Notes under the pieces: model-generated
The model's input: the letters and a program-made list of their open reading frames with translations, nothing else
The model's database searches: none
Told to the model about the DNA's origin: nothing
In this document: piece by piece, positions 18,814-29,057 of the stretch
How positions within the stretch are numbered: the stretch's first letter is position 1
Layout of the letters: every line of letters starts with the position of its first letter
Translations under genes and position numbers: made by a program
Source of the DNA: Candidatus Levyibacteriota bacterium
GTDB taxonomy: Bacteria; Patescibacteriota; Microgenomatia; Levybacterales; UBA12049
Length of the DNA: 38,822 bases
Assembly (NCBI GenBank): GCA_016182425.1
Contig: JACPGP010000024.1
Coordinates: forward strand, 1-38,822
Reading direction: 5' to 3'

Positions 18814-18903
18814 TTAAAAATAATTGATAATTAATAGTTAAGAGTGAATAGTTAAATATTCATTAGGTTGCAAAAGTTTTTTAATAATTTATATTATTAG
18901 AAA

Positions 18904-19155
18904 ATGACAGGAAGAAAAGTTCAAAAAGAAGCAGAAGCAGTACAACCAGGGTTTGATGTGATGTTGGTGCAAGAGAAACTACCTGAACCAGAAAATGAAT
19001 TGTTGAAGTTGATGGCTCGTGAGGGTGTGAAAGGCAAGAAGAGAGCGACCCAAACAACTGTGGCACAAAGAGTGGCTATGAATGCATTTAAACCAAGAAT
19101 TGTAATCCATACTGGGACACCAGTACTTGGAGGAGCGCAGGTGGATAAGGATTAA
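18904..19155 (+). CDS. Hypothetical protein
   Basis: 83-aa ORF, convergent with the AbiEii-like gene. Confidence 0.55.
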   Translation: MTGRKVQKEAEAVQPGFDVMLVQEKLPEPENELLKLMAREGVKGKKRATQTTVAQRVAMNAFKPRIVIHTGTPVLGGAQVDKD

Positions 19156-19787
19156 GATAAGTAGGTTTTTCCCAGCCGAAGTGATTCGGAAATAAGAAAC
19201 TTTTTGACTTCATCCCAAGAGATATCAGCCAGCATTTCGGGCATAGCGTCAGCATCTGCGTCTTCAAAATAGGTCATGCTCTTGATAAGGGTATATTTGT
19301 TTTCTTCCAGAACGTGGTACTTTTTGTTGTATAGCTCAAACATTTCCTCGATTGATATATTTTTTTGGTGACAAATTGTATATAGATCGATGAAATCTTT
19401 TTTGGTATTTCGATCGGATATAGCAACTAATTTCATAGCAATGATGTCGTCGATACTAGCAATTTTGATGCCCTGATAATCGTCAGTTGGATTCAATAGG
19501 GGATATTCGTATCGGAAATAACTAAATTTAACATTATTAAATTGGCCGATTAGTGTAGTTCCGGCAGCGGTATCAATATCAAACTTACCAGTAGTTTTTA
19601 GTGAATTGGCTAAAATAATAGGATCAAATTTTAAAGGTGAAAAAAAGTCAAAGTCGATTGAAATACGGTGACCTAAACGTAAGGCGAGTGAGGTACCACC
19701 AGCAAGATAGGCATTATTTAACAATTCACCTTGGCCTAAAATGTCCAGAGCTGTTTTCGCATTTGGCGATAAGACTGTTTCAAACAT
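19152..19787 (-). CDS. AbiEii/AbiGii-like nucleotidyltransferase toxin
   Basis: 'YLAGGTSLAL.LGHRISIDFDFF', 'MKLVAI.DR..KKDFIDLY' motifs. Start MFETV. Confidence 0.9.
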   Translation of the reverse strand: MFETVLSPNAKTALDILGQGELLNNAYLAGGTSLALRLGHRISIDFDFFSPLKFDPIILANSLKTTGKFDIDTAAGTTLIGQFNNVKFSYFRYEYPLLNPTDDYQGIKIASIDDIIAMKLVAISDRNTKKDFIDLYTICHQKNISIEEMFELYNKKYHVLEENKYTLIKSMTYFEDADADAMPEMLADISWDEVKKFLISESLRLGKTYLS

Positions 19788-20032
19788 GCTACCTCCGTAA
19801 GGGGAATATTTAAATAATTTGCCCAAAAAGTACCGGATTTGGCAGAGAAATCCCGTCGCGATTTTAGTGTTTCGACAACTTTATTTATTGAATAATTATG
19901 TAATACCCAGTTAGCAGCGACTAGGTCTCCTTTGTCTAAAAGTCGATTAATTACGTACTGATAATCGCCCTCGAAATCAATTTTATTGATATCGACATCC
20001 CAGAAATATTTGGATAAATTAGCTTTATTCAT
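19736..20032 (-). CDS. DUF6922-like putative antitoxin partner
   Basis: 'YFWDVD...YVINRLLDKGD...W' pattern, upstream of and overlapping the AbiEii-like gene. Confidence 0.75.
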   Translation of the reverse strand: MNKANLSKYFWDVDINKIDFEGDYQYVINRLLDKGDLVAANWVLHNYSINKVVETLKSRRDFSAKSGTFWANYLNIPLTEVACLKQSYRQMRKQLWTF

Positions 20033-20300
20033 TACTCCACATTATACCAATTTTGAGAAGTTATTTGCCTAGTAAAATGGTATAATAAATGATATGAGAT
20101 AAGCGGTGGTATGGTCAAAAAACAAGGATAAACTCGATAAAAATGATGATAAGGTCTATGTTTGGAAATTTGGAAGAAATAAAAGCACTTAAAAAAGAGT
20201 ATGGTGAAGAAGAGGTGAGAAGGGTTGCTATTTGTTGACAAATGCAATTTGGTGCAAGATTGTATCTTGACAGAATACAAAATGATAGTAAAATGATACT

Positions 20301-21452
20301 ATGGACATGCTGAAACGGGCAATAGAAGATAGTATAAATACGTATTTATCAGGCGAAGATACGAAGATATTGTTTGTATGGGGTCCGCGACGTTCAGGAA
20401 AGACGACATTGATTGATAAGTTGTCTAGAGCACTGAAGGTAACAAAATATAACTTTGACTTGGCTTCAGATAGGGACAAGTTTATTCCTCGTCGAGAAAT
20501 ATTGGAAAGAATTGTAGCTGATAATAGGGTTATCTTAATAGATGAAGTTCAAAGCTATCCTGAAGCCACAGTAATATTAAAAATACTTCATGATGAGTTT
20601 AAGATAAAAATCATTGCCACTGGTAGCTCGGAACTGAGACAAAAGTCAGGCAAAGAGTTTGACACTTTGGCTGGTAGATTTAGTGAGATTTACTGCTTGC
20701 CATTATCTGTAACCGAAATTGTAGCCAACGAAAAACCAAAGATGTCTGACGAGTTGGGTTTTTACAAACAAACAATGATAAATTCCCAAATATGGGGTGT
20801 TTATCCGGAAATATTTACCAAAGCTAATTTGGCGGAAAATGAAAGAATTGATCTCTTGCAAAAAGTTTTGGATACGTATGTTCTTAAAGATGTAGTAGAC
20901 ATATATGAATTGAAGAACCAAAAGCTAGCTAAAGATATTTTGACCAAGATTGCCTTACAGCTTGGACAGGAGGTTTCAATCCGAGAAATCGCTGATTCTT
21001 TGGGAGCATATCCGGCGACTGTATCAAACTATATTGAAATATTTATCAAAAATTATATTTTGATAGAGTTACCATCGTTTAAAACAAATATCAGAAAAGC
21101 TGTGTCGGAAAACCGTAAGCTATATTTTTATGATTTGGGGATTAGAAACATTTTGGTTAAAGATTTTCGGGAAATGGAACTACGACCTGACAAGGGTGGA
21201 GTGTTTGAAAACTTTATTATTTCCGAACTGGAAAAGTTGCGGAGACTAAAAAATGTTAAAGTGAATTTTTATTTTTATCGGGAATATGGAGGTAAAGAAA
21301 TTGATCTGATTATTGAGGATTATAAAAAAAATTATGTGACAGTGGAGATAAAAACGAATAAAGGTAATGCAAATAAGATCTTTCCAATAGAAAGCAAATT
21401 GGAAATGATAACGAGTCAAAATTATTTTGAGAAATTGAACAGTATCTTATAA
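20301..21452 (+). CDS. AAA_14 ATPase with DUF4143 (paralog 1)
   Basis: GPRRSGKT, IDEVQ, ATGSS, LAGR, KLYFYDLGIRN, FENF and EIDLI..EIK motifs. Confidence 0.9.
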   Translation: MDMLKRAIEDSINTYLSGEDTKILFVWGPRRSGKTTLIDKLSRALKVTKYNFDLASDRDKFIPRREILERIVADNRVILIDEVQSYPEATVILKILHDEFKIKIIATGSSELRQKSGKEFDTLAGRFSEIYCLPLSVTEIVANEKPKMSDELGFYKQTMINSQIWGVYPEIFTKANLAENERIDLLQKVLDTYVLKDVVDIYELKNQKLAKDILTKIALQLGQEVSIREIADSLGAYPATVSNYIEIFIKNYILIELPSFKTNIRKAVSENRKLYFYDLGIRNILVKDFREMELRPDKGGVFENFIISELEKLRRLKNVKVNFYFYREYGGKEIDLIIEDYKKNYVTVEIKTNKGNANKIFPIESKLEMITSQNYFEKLNSIL

Positions 21453-21465
21453 TTAAGTTCTATTG

Positions 21466-21494
21466 TTGACAAATGTGTATCTGCGGTGTATAAA
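21466..21494 (+). promoter_or_regulatory. sigma70-like promoter for unit 2
   Basis: TTGACA-17 nt-TATAAA; a second TATAAT at 21561. Confidence 0.55.
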
Positions 21495-21636
21495 AGCTCA
21501 TGTTGCAAAATGTGGCAAAGCGCTACAAAGTAGTACATCACAGAGTCCTAAAATTTATCCTATAATGGGAAAATTTTGAGGACTTTTTTGGTTTTTGAGG
21601 TTGGCGTATACCTTGAACATTGCGTTTGAGGAAAAA

Positions 21637-21674
21637 GCTTGCCGAGAAAGCACGTTAACAATCTGAATACGAAA
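21637..21674 (+). promoter_or_regulatory. Unit 2 leader: weak hairpin, boxA-like GCACGTTAACAA, left stem arm
   Basis: GCTT...AAGC hairpin; boxA-like motif 21650-21661; arm ATCTGAATACGAAA at 21661-21674. Confidence 0.6.
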
Positions 21675-21873
21675 ATAAGGGCTTCTAAAATAATGGTTTG
21701 AAAAGAGTTATTTTTGAGGGGCCGAAAGATATCTACCACTGTTTTTTGGTGATAAGTATCGACGGTTTCCCTCAAGAAAATACTAGTTTGGGAAATCGAC
21801 TGGCTGCATAGTCGGGTAACATACCCGTTTTTTACTTTTTCTGTCGTGCCGAATCAGATCAAATGGAGGTCCT

Positions 21874-22758
21874 ATGAGTAGGCGAATGTTGTGGTTGAAA
21901 GCGTTAGGGGTCCTTTACCTCCTAATGTCTGTGTTTGGCAGTGTATTTCCAGTAAAGGCGCAAGGCGAAGGGTTTTTGTGGCCGTATGTTGGGGTGTCTG
22001 GCAGGGATTGGTATCCGACCCAAGGTTGCCATAGTGATGGCTGGGGAGGTGCTGTTGGTGGCATTCCAAGTACCTGCGCAGTCGATTTTACTCGCTACTC
22101 AGGTGGTGAGAAAGTCAATTGTGGTGAACCAGCCATGGCTCCAGTTTCAGGAGACTTTACGAATTTTGGAGCTGACGCTGGAGGAAGTACTACGGCGGTG
22201 ATTAAAGGCCAAGCCTATTGGGTGTTTTTTGTGCACGGAGATTTTGTCCCTAGCGGATATTTGAAGCAGGGCGATATTTTCGGCTATGAAAATACTCATG
22301 GTAACAGCTCTGCTTGTCACTGGCACATGTCTGTGTTTGATGTAAATCAGAGTAGCTGGGTAAATCCAAATACTTTGCAGACAGTTGGCGTGCCAGCGGG
22401 GGCAGGACAAGTTGTCAACCTCGATGTTGCCAAAGTCCAGTTCCAGATGCAAACATGGACAGTGGTTGGCCCGGATTACCTGGATGGACTTATTCCGCCC
22501 ACGGTGACGTCCGTAACGGCTCCTGATCCAAATAAGGTCCAGATTGATGTCGAAAATCCAATTGATGGCTCTGAGTCGTCTTGGACATTTGACCAGTCTA
22601 AACTTCCCTATCAAGTTGATACGGGTAAAGTTGAACAATTAGTTGAGGAGAAGAAAGACAATTTCCTCACCTGGATTGTGGTCGCTATTGTTGCGTATAT
22701 GTTGTTCAAAAAAAGTCCGAGTCGTCACCGTGAAGATGATGATGAAGAAGAGGAGTAA
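21874..22758 (+). CDS. Secreted M23-like metallopeptidase with C-terminal TM and acidic tail
   Basis: Signal peptide (VKA-Q); H...AVDF, FVHG and 'GNSSACHWH' (HxH) motifs; GGAGG SD. Confidence 0.7.
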   Translation: MSRRMLWLKALGVLYLLMSVFGSVFPVKAQGEGFLWPYVGVSGRDWYPTQGCHSDGWGGAVGGIPSTCAVDFTRYSGGEKVNCGEPAMAPVSGDFTNFGADAGGSTTAVIKGQAYWVFFVHGDFVPSGYLKQGDIFGYENTHGNSSACHWHMSVFDVNQSSWVNPNTLQTVGVPAGAGQVVNLDVAKVQFQMQTWTVVGPDYLDGLIPPTVTSVTAPDPNKVQIDVENPIDGSESSWTFDQSKLPYQVDTGKVEQLVEEKKDNFLTWIVVAIVAYMLFKKSPSRHREDDDEEEE

Positions 22759-22763
22759 AAAAA

Positions 22764-24362
22764 ATGAACGCGTATTTTGATAATGTGTCAAAGTATTTCC
22801 TTCCTAAGGTCGTTAGCTCTTTCCCTGTCGGATGGGAAGACTGGATGGAAAATAATCCCCAAAGTGAACTGGCGATTGAGGTGATGTACCTTGGTGCAGC
22901 CCTGAGTCCAAGTGACCAACACAGATTTGAACGCGAGTTGAAAATGGCTATGGGTGGCAAAGCACAAGCTGTGCCTCCGCCCCCGCCTCAACAAGCACAA
23001 GCTGCACCCGCACAAGCTGTGCCTCCGCCCCCGCCTCAACAAGCACAAGCTGCACCCGCACAAGCTGTGCCTCCGCCCCCGCCTCAACAGGTAAAACCGG
23101 CGGAAGCTGAAAAAGGTCCTGGGTTCATGGCGGCAGTTCGAGAAAAGGCTGGGAACGCTTTGGGTGGTGTGAAAGATTTCGCGTCTCGCCCTATTTTTGG
23201 TGGGATCCCGTTGTGGATCGTCGTCGTTGGCGCTTTGCTGCTCTTTAACTCGGGAATCCTGAATGGGCTTGGTGATTTGCTTCCCAAAGGATCGAGTGGC
23301 GGTACTTCAACTGGTTTGACTGGCAGTCCGAGCGTGTGGATTAAGACGGCGGCTGGAGTGACGGTTCCGATCAATAAGATGCCATTTCCCAAGATTCCGT
23401 TTGCCGATATGGAAATGCGCAAGCTGATTGCGGCTCTATTGCTGTTGGTCAACCCGATTTTGGTTGCTTTCGACAATGCCGCAGCACGCCCAAACCAGGA
23501 ACCAAATCACAAAAGCAACATTGGTTTCGTGCTGTACTTTGTCGCAGCGATGTTGTGGGGTTATTGGGCGGTGATCATTGCTGGTTTTTCCTTGTTTTTG
23601 ACCTTAAGGAGTCGGGAGGGCAATACATCTTCGATTGGAAACCAGTTTTTCCTGCTGATTTTAGGTTTGTGGATTTGGTTCTCCAAGTTAGCCCCGATTG
23701 TAAATGGCTACCTGGACGGACTGCACAACCCGATGATTAGCTGGCTGCCCACATTGCTGCGCTACTTGTTTAATGGCGAGAACCTCAGACCTCTGGCGGC
23801 GATTGCCTTGGTTGGTTTCCTCATCTATTCAGTGCTGAGCGATATGTATGACAGCTCGACACTGATTACTTTGATGGGCTTCCAGCTGGCATGGTTCCTT
23901 GGAACTGGCGTGTTTCTCTTCTGGGAAAAAATGCCAATGCTTTACCAGATGCCGTTCTTCTATTTCCAGTTTGCGCTGGTAGTGATTGCGATTTTTATCG
24001 AACAGAAACAGGTTGGTTTGTTGAACTTGCCGAAGGGTATCCTGATTTTGTTTGGGGTGATGTACTTTGTCTCCCTTGGAATCCGCGATTATTTTGACAT
24101 TGATCCAAACGGGACTACTGTCTGGCGCTACATGACTCAGCCGGTTATCTTCCTGTACATGATCGTCCTCTGGCTGTCCTATGCCTTTGGCAAAGCTGTC
24201 TCAGGAGGGTCGAAAGTGTTCGCTGGGTTGTACCAGACGCTGGGAAGCTGGTTTGGTCAGTTGGTGCCGATTGCTGGACTTCAAGTACCGTCAGACGGAT
24301 TGATTACCCTCAACCTGGTTTTGGCTGGCGTACTGGTGTTTACTCAAGTTATTTTATATTGA
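22764..24362 (+). CDS. Polytopic membrane protein with Pro/Gln/Ala repeat
   Basis: About 10 or more hydrophobic segments; GAGGAG SD. Confidence 0.85.
   Translation: MNAYFDNVSKYFLPKVVSSFPVGWEDWMENNPQSELAIEVMYLGAALSPSDQHRFERELKMAMGGKAQAVPPPPPQQAQAAPAQAVPPPPPQQAQAAPAQAVPPPPPQQVKPAEAEKGPGFMAAVREKAGNALGGVKDFASRPIFGGIPLWIVVVGALLLFNSGILNGLGDLLPKGSSGGTSTGLTGSPSVWIKTAAGVTVPINKMPFPKIPFADMEMRKLIAALLLLVNPILVAFDNAAARPNQEPNHKSNIGFVLYFVAAMLWGYWAVIIAGFSLFLTLRSREGNTSSIGNQFFLLILGLWIWFSKLAPIVNGYLDGLHNPMISWLPTLLRYLFNGENLRPLAAIALVGFLIYSVLSDMYDSSTLITLMGFQLAWFLGTGVFLFWEKMPMLYQMPFFYFQFALVVIAIFIEQKQVGLLNLPKGILILFGVMYFVSLGIRDYFDIDPNGTTVWRYMTQPVIFLYMIVLWLSYAFGKAVSGGSKVFAGLYQTLGSWFGQLVPIAGLQVPSDGLITLNLVLAGVLVFTQVILY
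22962..23089 (+). repeat. 48-bp coding tandem repeat, ~2.7 copies (AQAVPPPPPQQAQAAP)
   Basis: Identical units start at 22962, 23010 and 23058. Confidence 0.95.
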
Positions 24363-24379
24363 CCTAAAGGAGGGTCGGT

Positions 24380-25063
24380 ATGTCGAAGAAAAAGTCTACC
24401 GACCCTACGGTTGGTATCGGAACGATTGCACTGGTGGTGATTGTGCTGGGTCTGTACTCGGGAAATCTGAAAGTTTCCGTGCCGCAGGCTTCTACTCAAT
24501 TGCCACCAACAAACTCCGTAGCCACAAGCAGTGTTCTTGAGGCTGCCAACGGAGCTGACGTCCCCAACCCACTTTCTGAACGGGTTGACGCAAAACAACT
24601 ACCCCCTTCACATCAAGGTGGTGAAGTTATATACAATGGCGGTGTACTTAGGGGTTTCCCTGACGCTGGTGTTGAAACTTCAGTAATTCCTGAAAGCGCC
24701 AAGAAAGTATCAGCAATTTTTAGCTGGTACTGGCCAAATCTGGGAGGAACAAACTGCAGTAGTTTCCGCAGTGATCTTCCTGATCGGGCCTTTAGTTTTC
24801 CTGATGCCGACCACTCAAGTGGTTGGTGTTGGTCGAGAATGAGCTCTGGGGAGAATTGGGAATACTACGTTGGTAGAGCAGTCGCTTGCCCCCAAGAATG
24901 GCCGTTTGGAACAAAGGTGTATGCCTTTGGACGTGAATGGCTGTGCTTGGATCATGGCGGAGCGATTGTGACTGAAAATGGTGAGTCTTGGATAGATTTT
25001 TTGACCCCAAGTCCACCGATGAGCTATCGAACCCATTTTGATGTTTGGGTGCTTTACCCTTAG
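24380..25063 (+). CDS. Membrane-anchored 3D-domain-like (MltA/RlpA-type barrel) protein
   Basis: 'AVACP..WPFGTKVY...CLDHGGAI...WIDF' resembles the 3D consensus 'VAVDP..IPLGT.V...DTGGAI...IDI'; AAGGAGG SD. Confidence 0.65.
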   Translation: MSKKKSTDPTVGIGTIALVVIVLGLYSGNLKVSVPQASTQLPPTNSVATSSVLEAANGADVPNPLSERVDAKQLPPSHQGGEVIYNGGVLRGFPDAGVETSVIPESAKKVSAIFSWYWPNLGGTNCSSFRSDLPDRAFSFPDADHSSGWCWSRMSSGENWEYYVGRAVACPQEWPFGTKVYAFGREWLCLDHGGAIVTENGESWIDFLTPSPPMSYRTHFDVWVLYP

Positions 25064-25076
25064 AAAGAGGATTACC

Positions 25077-27266
25077 ATGGCTACAATTCCATATCGAGAA
25101 ACAATAATTGAATATTTCAACAAGTTGAACGTGTCGTATCAAATTTCGTCAACGGCGAAGGTTGATGTCGATTTTCCAGCTGCGTTCGTGGGGGCAATAA
25201 TTGCGCAGAAGGGAACCGTGATCTGGTTGGAAAATGAACATGCTTGGGCGGTGCAATTTGGCAGTGAACCTGCGAAGTTGTTAACTCAGCCCAAAGCACA
25301 ATCGGCGCCGGTGCCTGCAAAAGCAAAAGCAGTTGCCGCGGCTGTCGTGAAACCAGTTCGAAAGGTTTCGAAAAAGTCGTCTTTTGGAATTCCCCAGTTT
25401 GGATTGTTGGCGGCGGTGCTGTTTTTTGCCCTCTCTGGCGGAAAGCTGAACCTTCCTGGAGCATCAACACCTGACGATCCTAATGCTTACCAATCCATGG
25501 CTACAGCCAGTGCCACCCCGGAACTCGTGGGTGATCCTGATGCATTTTGCAGTCAGGAACTGGGCAAGACCGTAACTGGTGTGAAGGTTTTTGAAGTTAC
25601 TGAGAGCGGTTTGACTGGCACAACGAAGGATTTATACCCTCAGGCTGAGATGGCGACATATTTTTATGCCAAAGAAGTTGAGCGAGGGATGCCATTTCTG
25701 ACCGTAAGTTGGTTGTTTCAGAGCGCCGATGCGAACGCAGAATTTGAAAAAGCGATTGCTCTGGATACTGCCAAGATGGACCCCAACGTTGACTGCGTAG
25801 ATCAGAGTTGCAGTAAGTTGTGGACGTCCTCGATTAACCTCGCCAATGATTACAGAATTGAGACGTTTTATAACGAGAACCGTGATCTGACTGACCCGCT
25901 CTATTACAAAAACGTTCCCGCGGAAATGTTTACTGCTTTCCGCGAATGGATCGTAGAAGTGGTCGCGGCCGGAAAGAATGGTACATCGTATCCTCGGTGT
26001 ATTGAAATTCCGGCGGTTAAGGATATGGCTGAGGTTTCCAAAGAAGCAAAAGACTGGCTATTAAACAATCAGCCTCAGCGCGGGAACGCACAACTGCCCT
26101 CATCAGGATCAAAAGGTCCTCGACCGACCGATCAGCCGCTGATCATTACCGCAACCCCGACCTTGGGGTATGTTGGGTCAAATGCTCCGGCATTTGATAA
26201 GTACGCGGCGGTAGTTGGTGCAACAGATGCCCAAACGGCATTTACAGCCGATCCTGACCAGCAGTGCTATGTCAACCTGACTGTGAACTGGCCCGACTTT
26301 ACCATGACCTCAAGTTTGAATGAGGTGATTCGCATTTTGGGCCCGAGCTCGTGGACTTTTCGTTCCATAGGGGACGGGACATTTCAGGCTCGGAGTTATG
26401 AGACTGATGCGAACGGCTATGCCGCTTGTGCCAAGGTGTTGAACCTTGAGACGGAATACTCGGCAGGCACATGGAGGATTGGCAACACTGGAGTGGTGGC
26501 GACTTTGCATTGGGAGAACTACGGTCTGCCCGACGAAATAAAAGTAGGTAGTGCGTTTATTTTCCCAGTCTACTCGGACCAAGTTGTCGCCGAGAGCGAG
26601 AGTTACGACATCATCCCGACAAGTACTCCGTCGGTCAGTTCAGCTTCGATCTACGATCTGTATGATGTTATGATCAGCAAAGGCTGGACAGAACTGGTAT
26701 CAACGGGATGCCCATTCGAACCTATCAATGGGTCGGTGACTACAAGCAGTGCGTTTACCGTTGATTTCGGTTACAACGATGTCCTCGCCGGGCAAAAGTA
26801 CTCGAAGGATGGGTGTGACCTTTTTGGGGGGTTGCATTTTACGACTTACGACCCGGGGCAAGGGGATTCGCAAGTATTATATGGCGGTAAGTTATATGTC
26901 TACCCTTATACCAAAGTCCAGTACCAACCCTCTCCCACTCCTGGTGGACCAACCTATCCACCGGACGGATCGCAGATTAGTCTCGCAGATCTATTAAAAT
27001 ACGAGACTGGGTATGGTGAAAAGGCAAACTCTGTGGGTTGTAAGAATGGGTCGATCCCTGGTTGGCCGAATCATGTTCCTGTCAAGACCAATGTTTATAA
27101 CTATTTGGTGGATTTCAGCGCAATTGCAGGACAAACCAATGGGTTGTGTGTTTATGACCCCGTAAAGATGACTACTTCCTCAGTCCTGTACTGGAGCATT
27201 TACGAGTACCAGGGTTACGGAAGTATAATCCAGTATGGTGGGTATTGGTTTGCTCCATTCAAATAA
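25077..27266 (+). CDS. Large single-pass membrane/extracytoplasmic hypothetical protein
   Basis: AAGAGG SD before ATG 25077; TM near residue 110; TATP linkers; paired Cys. Confidence 0.85.
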   Translation: MATIPYRETIIEYFNKLNVSYQISSTAKVDVDFPAAFVGAIIAQKGTVIWLENEHAWAVQFGSEPAKLLTQPKAQSAPVPAKAKAVAAAVVKPVRKVSKKSSFGIPQFGLLAAVLFFALSGGKLNLPGASTPDDPNAYQSMATASATPELVGDPDAFCSQELGKTVTGVKVFEVTESGLTGTTKDLYPQAEMATYFYAKEVERGMPFLTVSWLFQSADANAEFEKAIALDTAKMDPNVDCVDQSCSKLWTSSINLANDYRIETFYNENRDLTDPLYYKNVPAEMFTAFREWIVEVVAAGKNGTSYPRCIEIPAVKDMAEVSKEAKDWLLNNQPQRGNAQLPSSGSKGPRPTDQPLIITATPTLGYVGSNAPAFDKYAAVVGATDAQTAFTADPDQQCYVNLTVNWPDFTMTSSLNEVIRILGPSSWTFRSIGDGTFQARSYETDANGYAACAKVLNLETEYSAGTWRIGNTGVVATLHWENYGLPDEIKVGSAFIFPVYSDQVVAESESYDIIPTSTPSVSSASIYDLYDVMISKGWTELVSTGCPFEPINGSVTTSSAFTVDFGYNDVLAGQKYSKDGCDLFGGLHFTTYDPGQGDSQVLYGGKLYVYPYTKVQYQPSPTPGGPTYPPDGSQISLADLLKYETGYGEKANSVGCKNGSIPGWPNHVPVKTNVYNYLVDFSAIAGQTNGLCVYDPVKMTTSSVLYWSIYEYQGYGSIIQYGGYWFAPFK

Positions 27267-27337
27267 ATTTTAGGTTGGTCGCAGGGCTCATAGCTTCATC
27301 GTAGCCACCCTGCTACCAACAAGGAAGGAAGTAAGGC

Positions 27338-28618
27338 ATGAAAAGTTCAACTTTGAAAATGATCATGGTGTTAATCGTCGGTTGGTATTTAGTGACCAAT
27401 GGAGTAATTTCAAAAAACGATAACGCGATCGATCCAACTTCTACCCCAGCCGAGGCTGGTTCAAATGCGGCGGCGGTCCAAACTGCTGTTGAAAATGTGG
27501 CACAAATGACGCCTACCCCAGGATCTGCTGGTGCAGGCCAGATGGAAACAGCCGTCCCGACCCAAACCATCATCGTCGACCTTGGTGATGCCAATAAGAT
27601 GATAGAACTTATGCAAGGGAAAATGACCCGAGAAATGGTCAACTGGCTAATAACGGCACGATTGTCTACGGGTGGTGGAGCTCATGCTTGCTTCGTCGCT
27701 TGGTATGATGAGCCGTTTGATGATATCACTGTACCTGCTGGTCACCCTGGTATTCCTATGTGGCAGGTCATTGATGGTGGAAACGTCATCACAGCCGAAA
27801 AAATGGGTCTTGGCGGATGCAAGACGACGATAAAACTGGGCGACTTGCTTTCTGGTATCCCGCCGAGTTTTTTGCAAGACCCCGCCAACTATCAATTAAA
27901 CGAGGTTCCTTATACCTGGACAACTGGTACAACCACCATTACCGAAAGTCGGGTGGAAGTCACCGTGACAGTGCCCTATGCTTTTGGTGGACTGGTAGTT
28001 CAGCCTGGTAACGAGGTAACTCTCCAGACAGTATTGCCAAACGAAGCGGCTGCCTCAGTTCAGGACTTCTGGAAATATGTACTATCCCTTGGGGGAGATG
28101 TTTCCAAGGTCTGGGTTAAGTACGGGGCACTCGACAATTCCGCTGACAATCTGGCAATATTGGATGTCATTGCTCCGATTACGGACTGGCGCACAGGGGC
28201 TCGTTCGACCGATCACCTTGACGCACTGCGCGAACTGACCATGCAATCGGTATTGCCAGGGAGTCCTGCTTATGAAACAATCCGCAAGATCGTTTGCGAA
28301 AGTGCGGACGAGGCAGGGTTCAAAGATATTAGTGGTTTTGATCAAAGCGGCGCCCCAGTTACACTGGATAAGTGCACCGTTAAGGTGAACTTAGTTCCGA
28401 TCAACCCGAATGAACCCAATACCTGGTACCAACTGGATTCGTTGCCTCAGACCTGGTCCACGACTCCTGAGCAAATTGCCCAGCTCCGACCCGTAATTAT
28501 TCCGGCAGATTTTGAAGCTTATAACTTCGACAATGCGTACGTTTTATATGCGCCGGAAATAAACCAATCTAACTGGTGGAGTCAAGTACCTGAAGCTTTG
28601 CGTCAGTACGCTCCGTAA
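27338..28618 (+). CDS. Secreted/membrane-anchored hypothetical protein
   Basis: N-terminal hydrophobic helix, PT-rich linker; AAGGAAGG upstream. Confidence 0.85.
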   Translation: MKSSTLKMIMVLIVGWYLVTNGVISKNDNAIDPTSTPAEAGSNAAAVQTAVENVAQMTPTPGSAGAGQMETAVPTQTIIVDLGDANKMIELMQGKMTREMVNWLITARLSTGGGAHACFVAWYDEPFDDITVPAGHPGIPMWQVIDGGNVITAEKMGLGGCKTTIKLGDLLSGIPPSFLQDPANYQLNEVPYTWTTGTTTITESRVEVTVTVPYAFGGLVVQPGNEVTLQTVLPNEAAASVQDFWKYVLSLGGDVSKVWVKYGALDNSADNLAILDVIAPITDWRTGARSTDHLDALRELTMQSVLPGSPAYETIRKIVCESADEAGFKDISGFDQSGAPVTLDKCTVKVNLVPINPNEPNTWYQLDSLPQTWSTTPEQIAQLRPVIIPADFEAYNFDNAYVLYAPEINQSNWWSQVPEALRQYAP

Positions 28619-28622
28619 AAAA

Positions 28623-28636
28623 TTTCGTATTCAGAT
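28623..28636. repeat. Unit 2 right stem arm
   Basis: TTTCGTATTCAGAT is the exact reverse complement of 21661-21674 and starts 4 nt after the last stop codon. Confidence 0.9.
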
Positions 28637-28700
28637 ACACTCTCGCTGTATTCAGTCAACAATTTTTGTTTTGCTGGGTACAGCTTGGGGGCAATTCTTG

Positions 28701-28759
28701 CCTGTTGTGGTTCGTGTCTGGCTTCCCCTTTGGGAAGCCAGGCAAACGAACGCAACAGG
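28701..28759 (+). other. Long imperfect hairpin downstream of unit 2
   Basis: CCTGTTG..GTTCG.TGTCTGGCTTCCC / GGGAAGCCAGGCA..CGAAC.CAACAGG; no U-tract on +. Confidence 0.75.
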
Positions 28760-29057
28760 TGAGAAATAAAAAATTTATTGATCAAATATATTTTAATAAT
28801 GTTTTTGATGAGTAAATTCTGAAGATGAAGTAAGGTGGAATGTGGTATGCACAACACTTATCTTAGGATTGTAAATTTATTGATGGTGGTCTGAAGAATT
28901 GAAAGCTAATAGTAAACCAGTATTGTATGCAACTGATCTTGATGCAGTAAGGAGTATTGAGGTGGCACCGTTGGTGCCTAGAGTGGTAGGAAGAGTTGGA
29001 ATGCAGATAGGAGTAAAATGTCAGGACAAGCTGTGAGGGAATTTGGAGAAGTGAGAA

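Noticed and set aside
22962-23089. CRISPR-like array
   Set aside because: Contiguous in-frame coding repeats without unique spacers; no cas genes.
21874-28618. Prophage or ICE
   Set aside because: No recognisable integrase, terminase, capsid, relaxase or att repeats.
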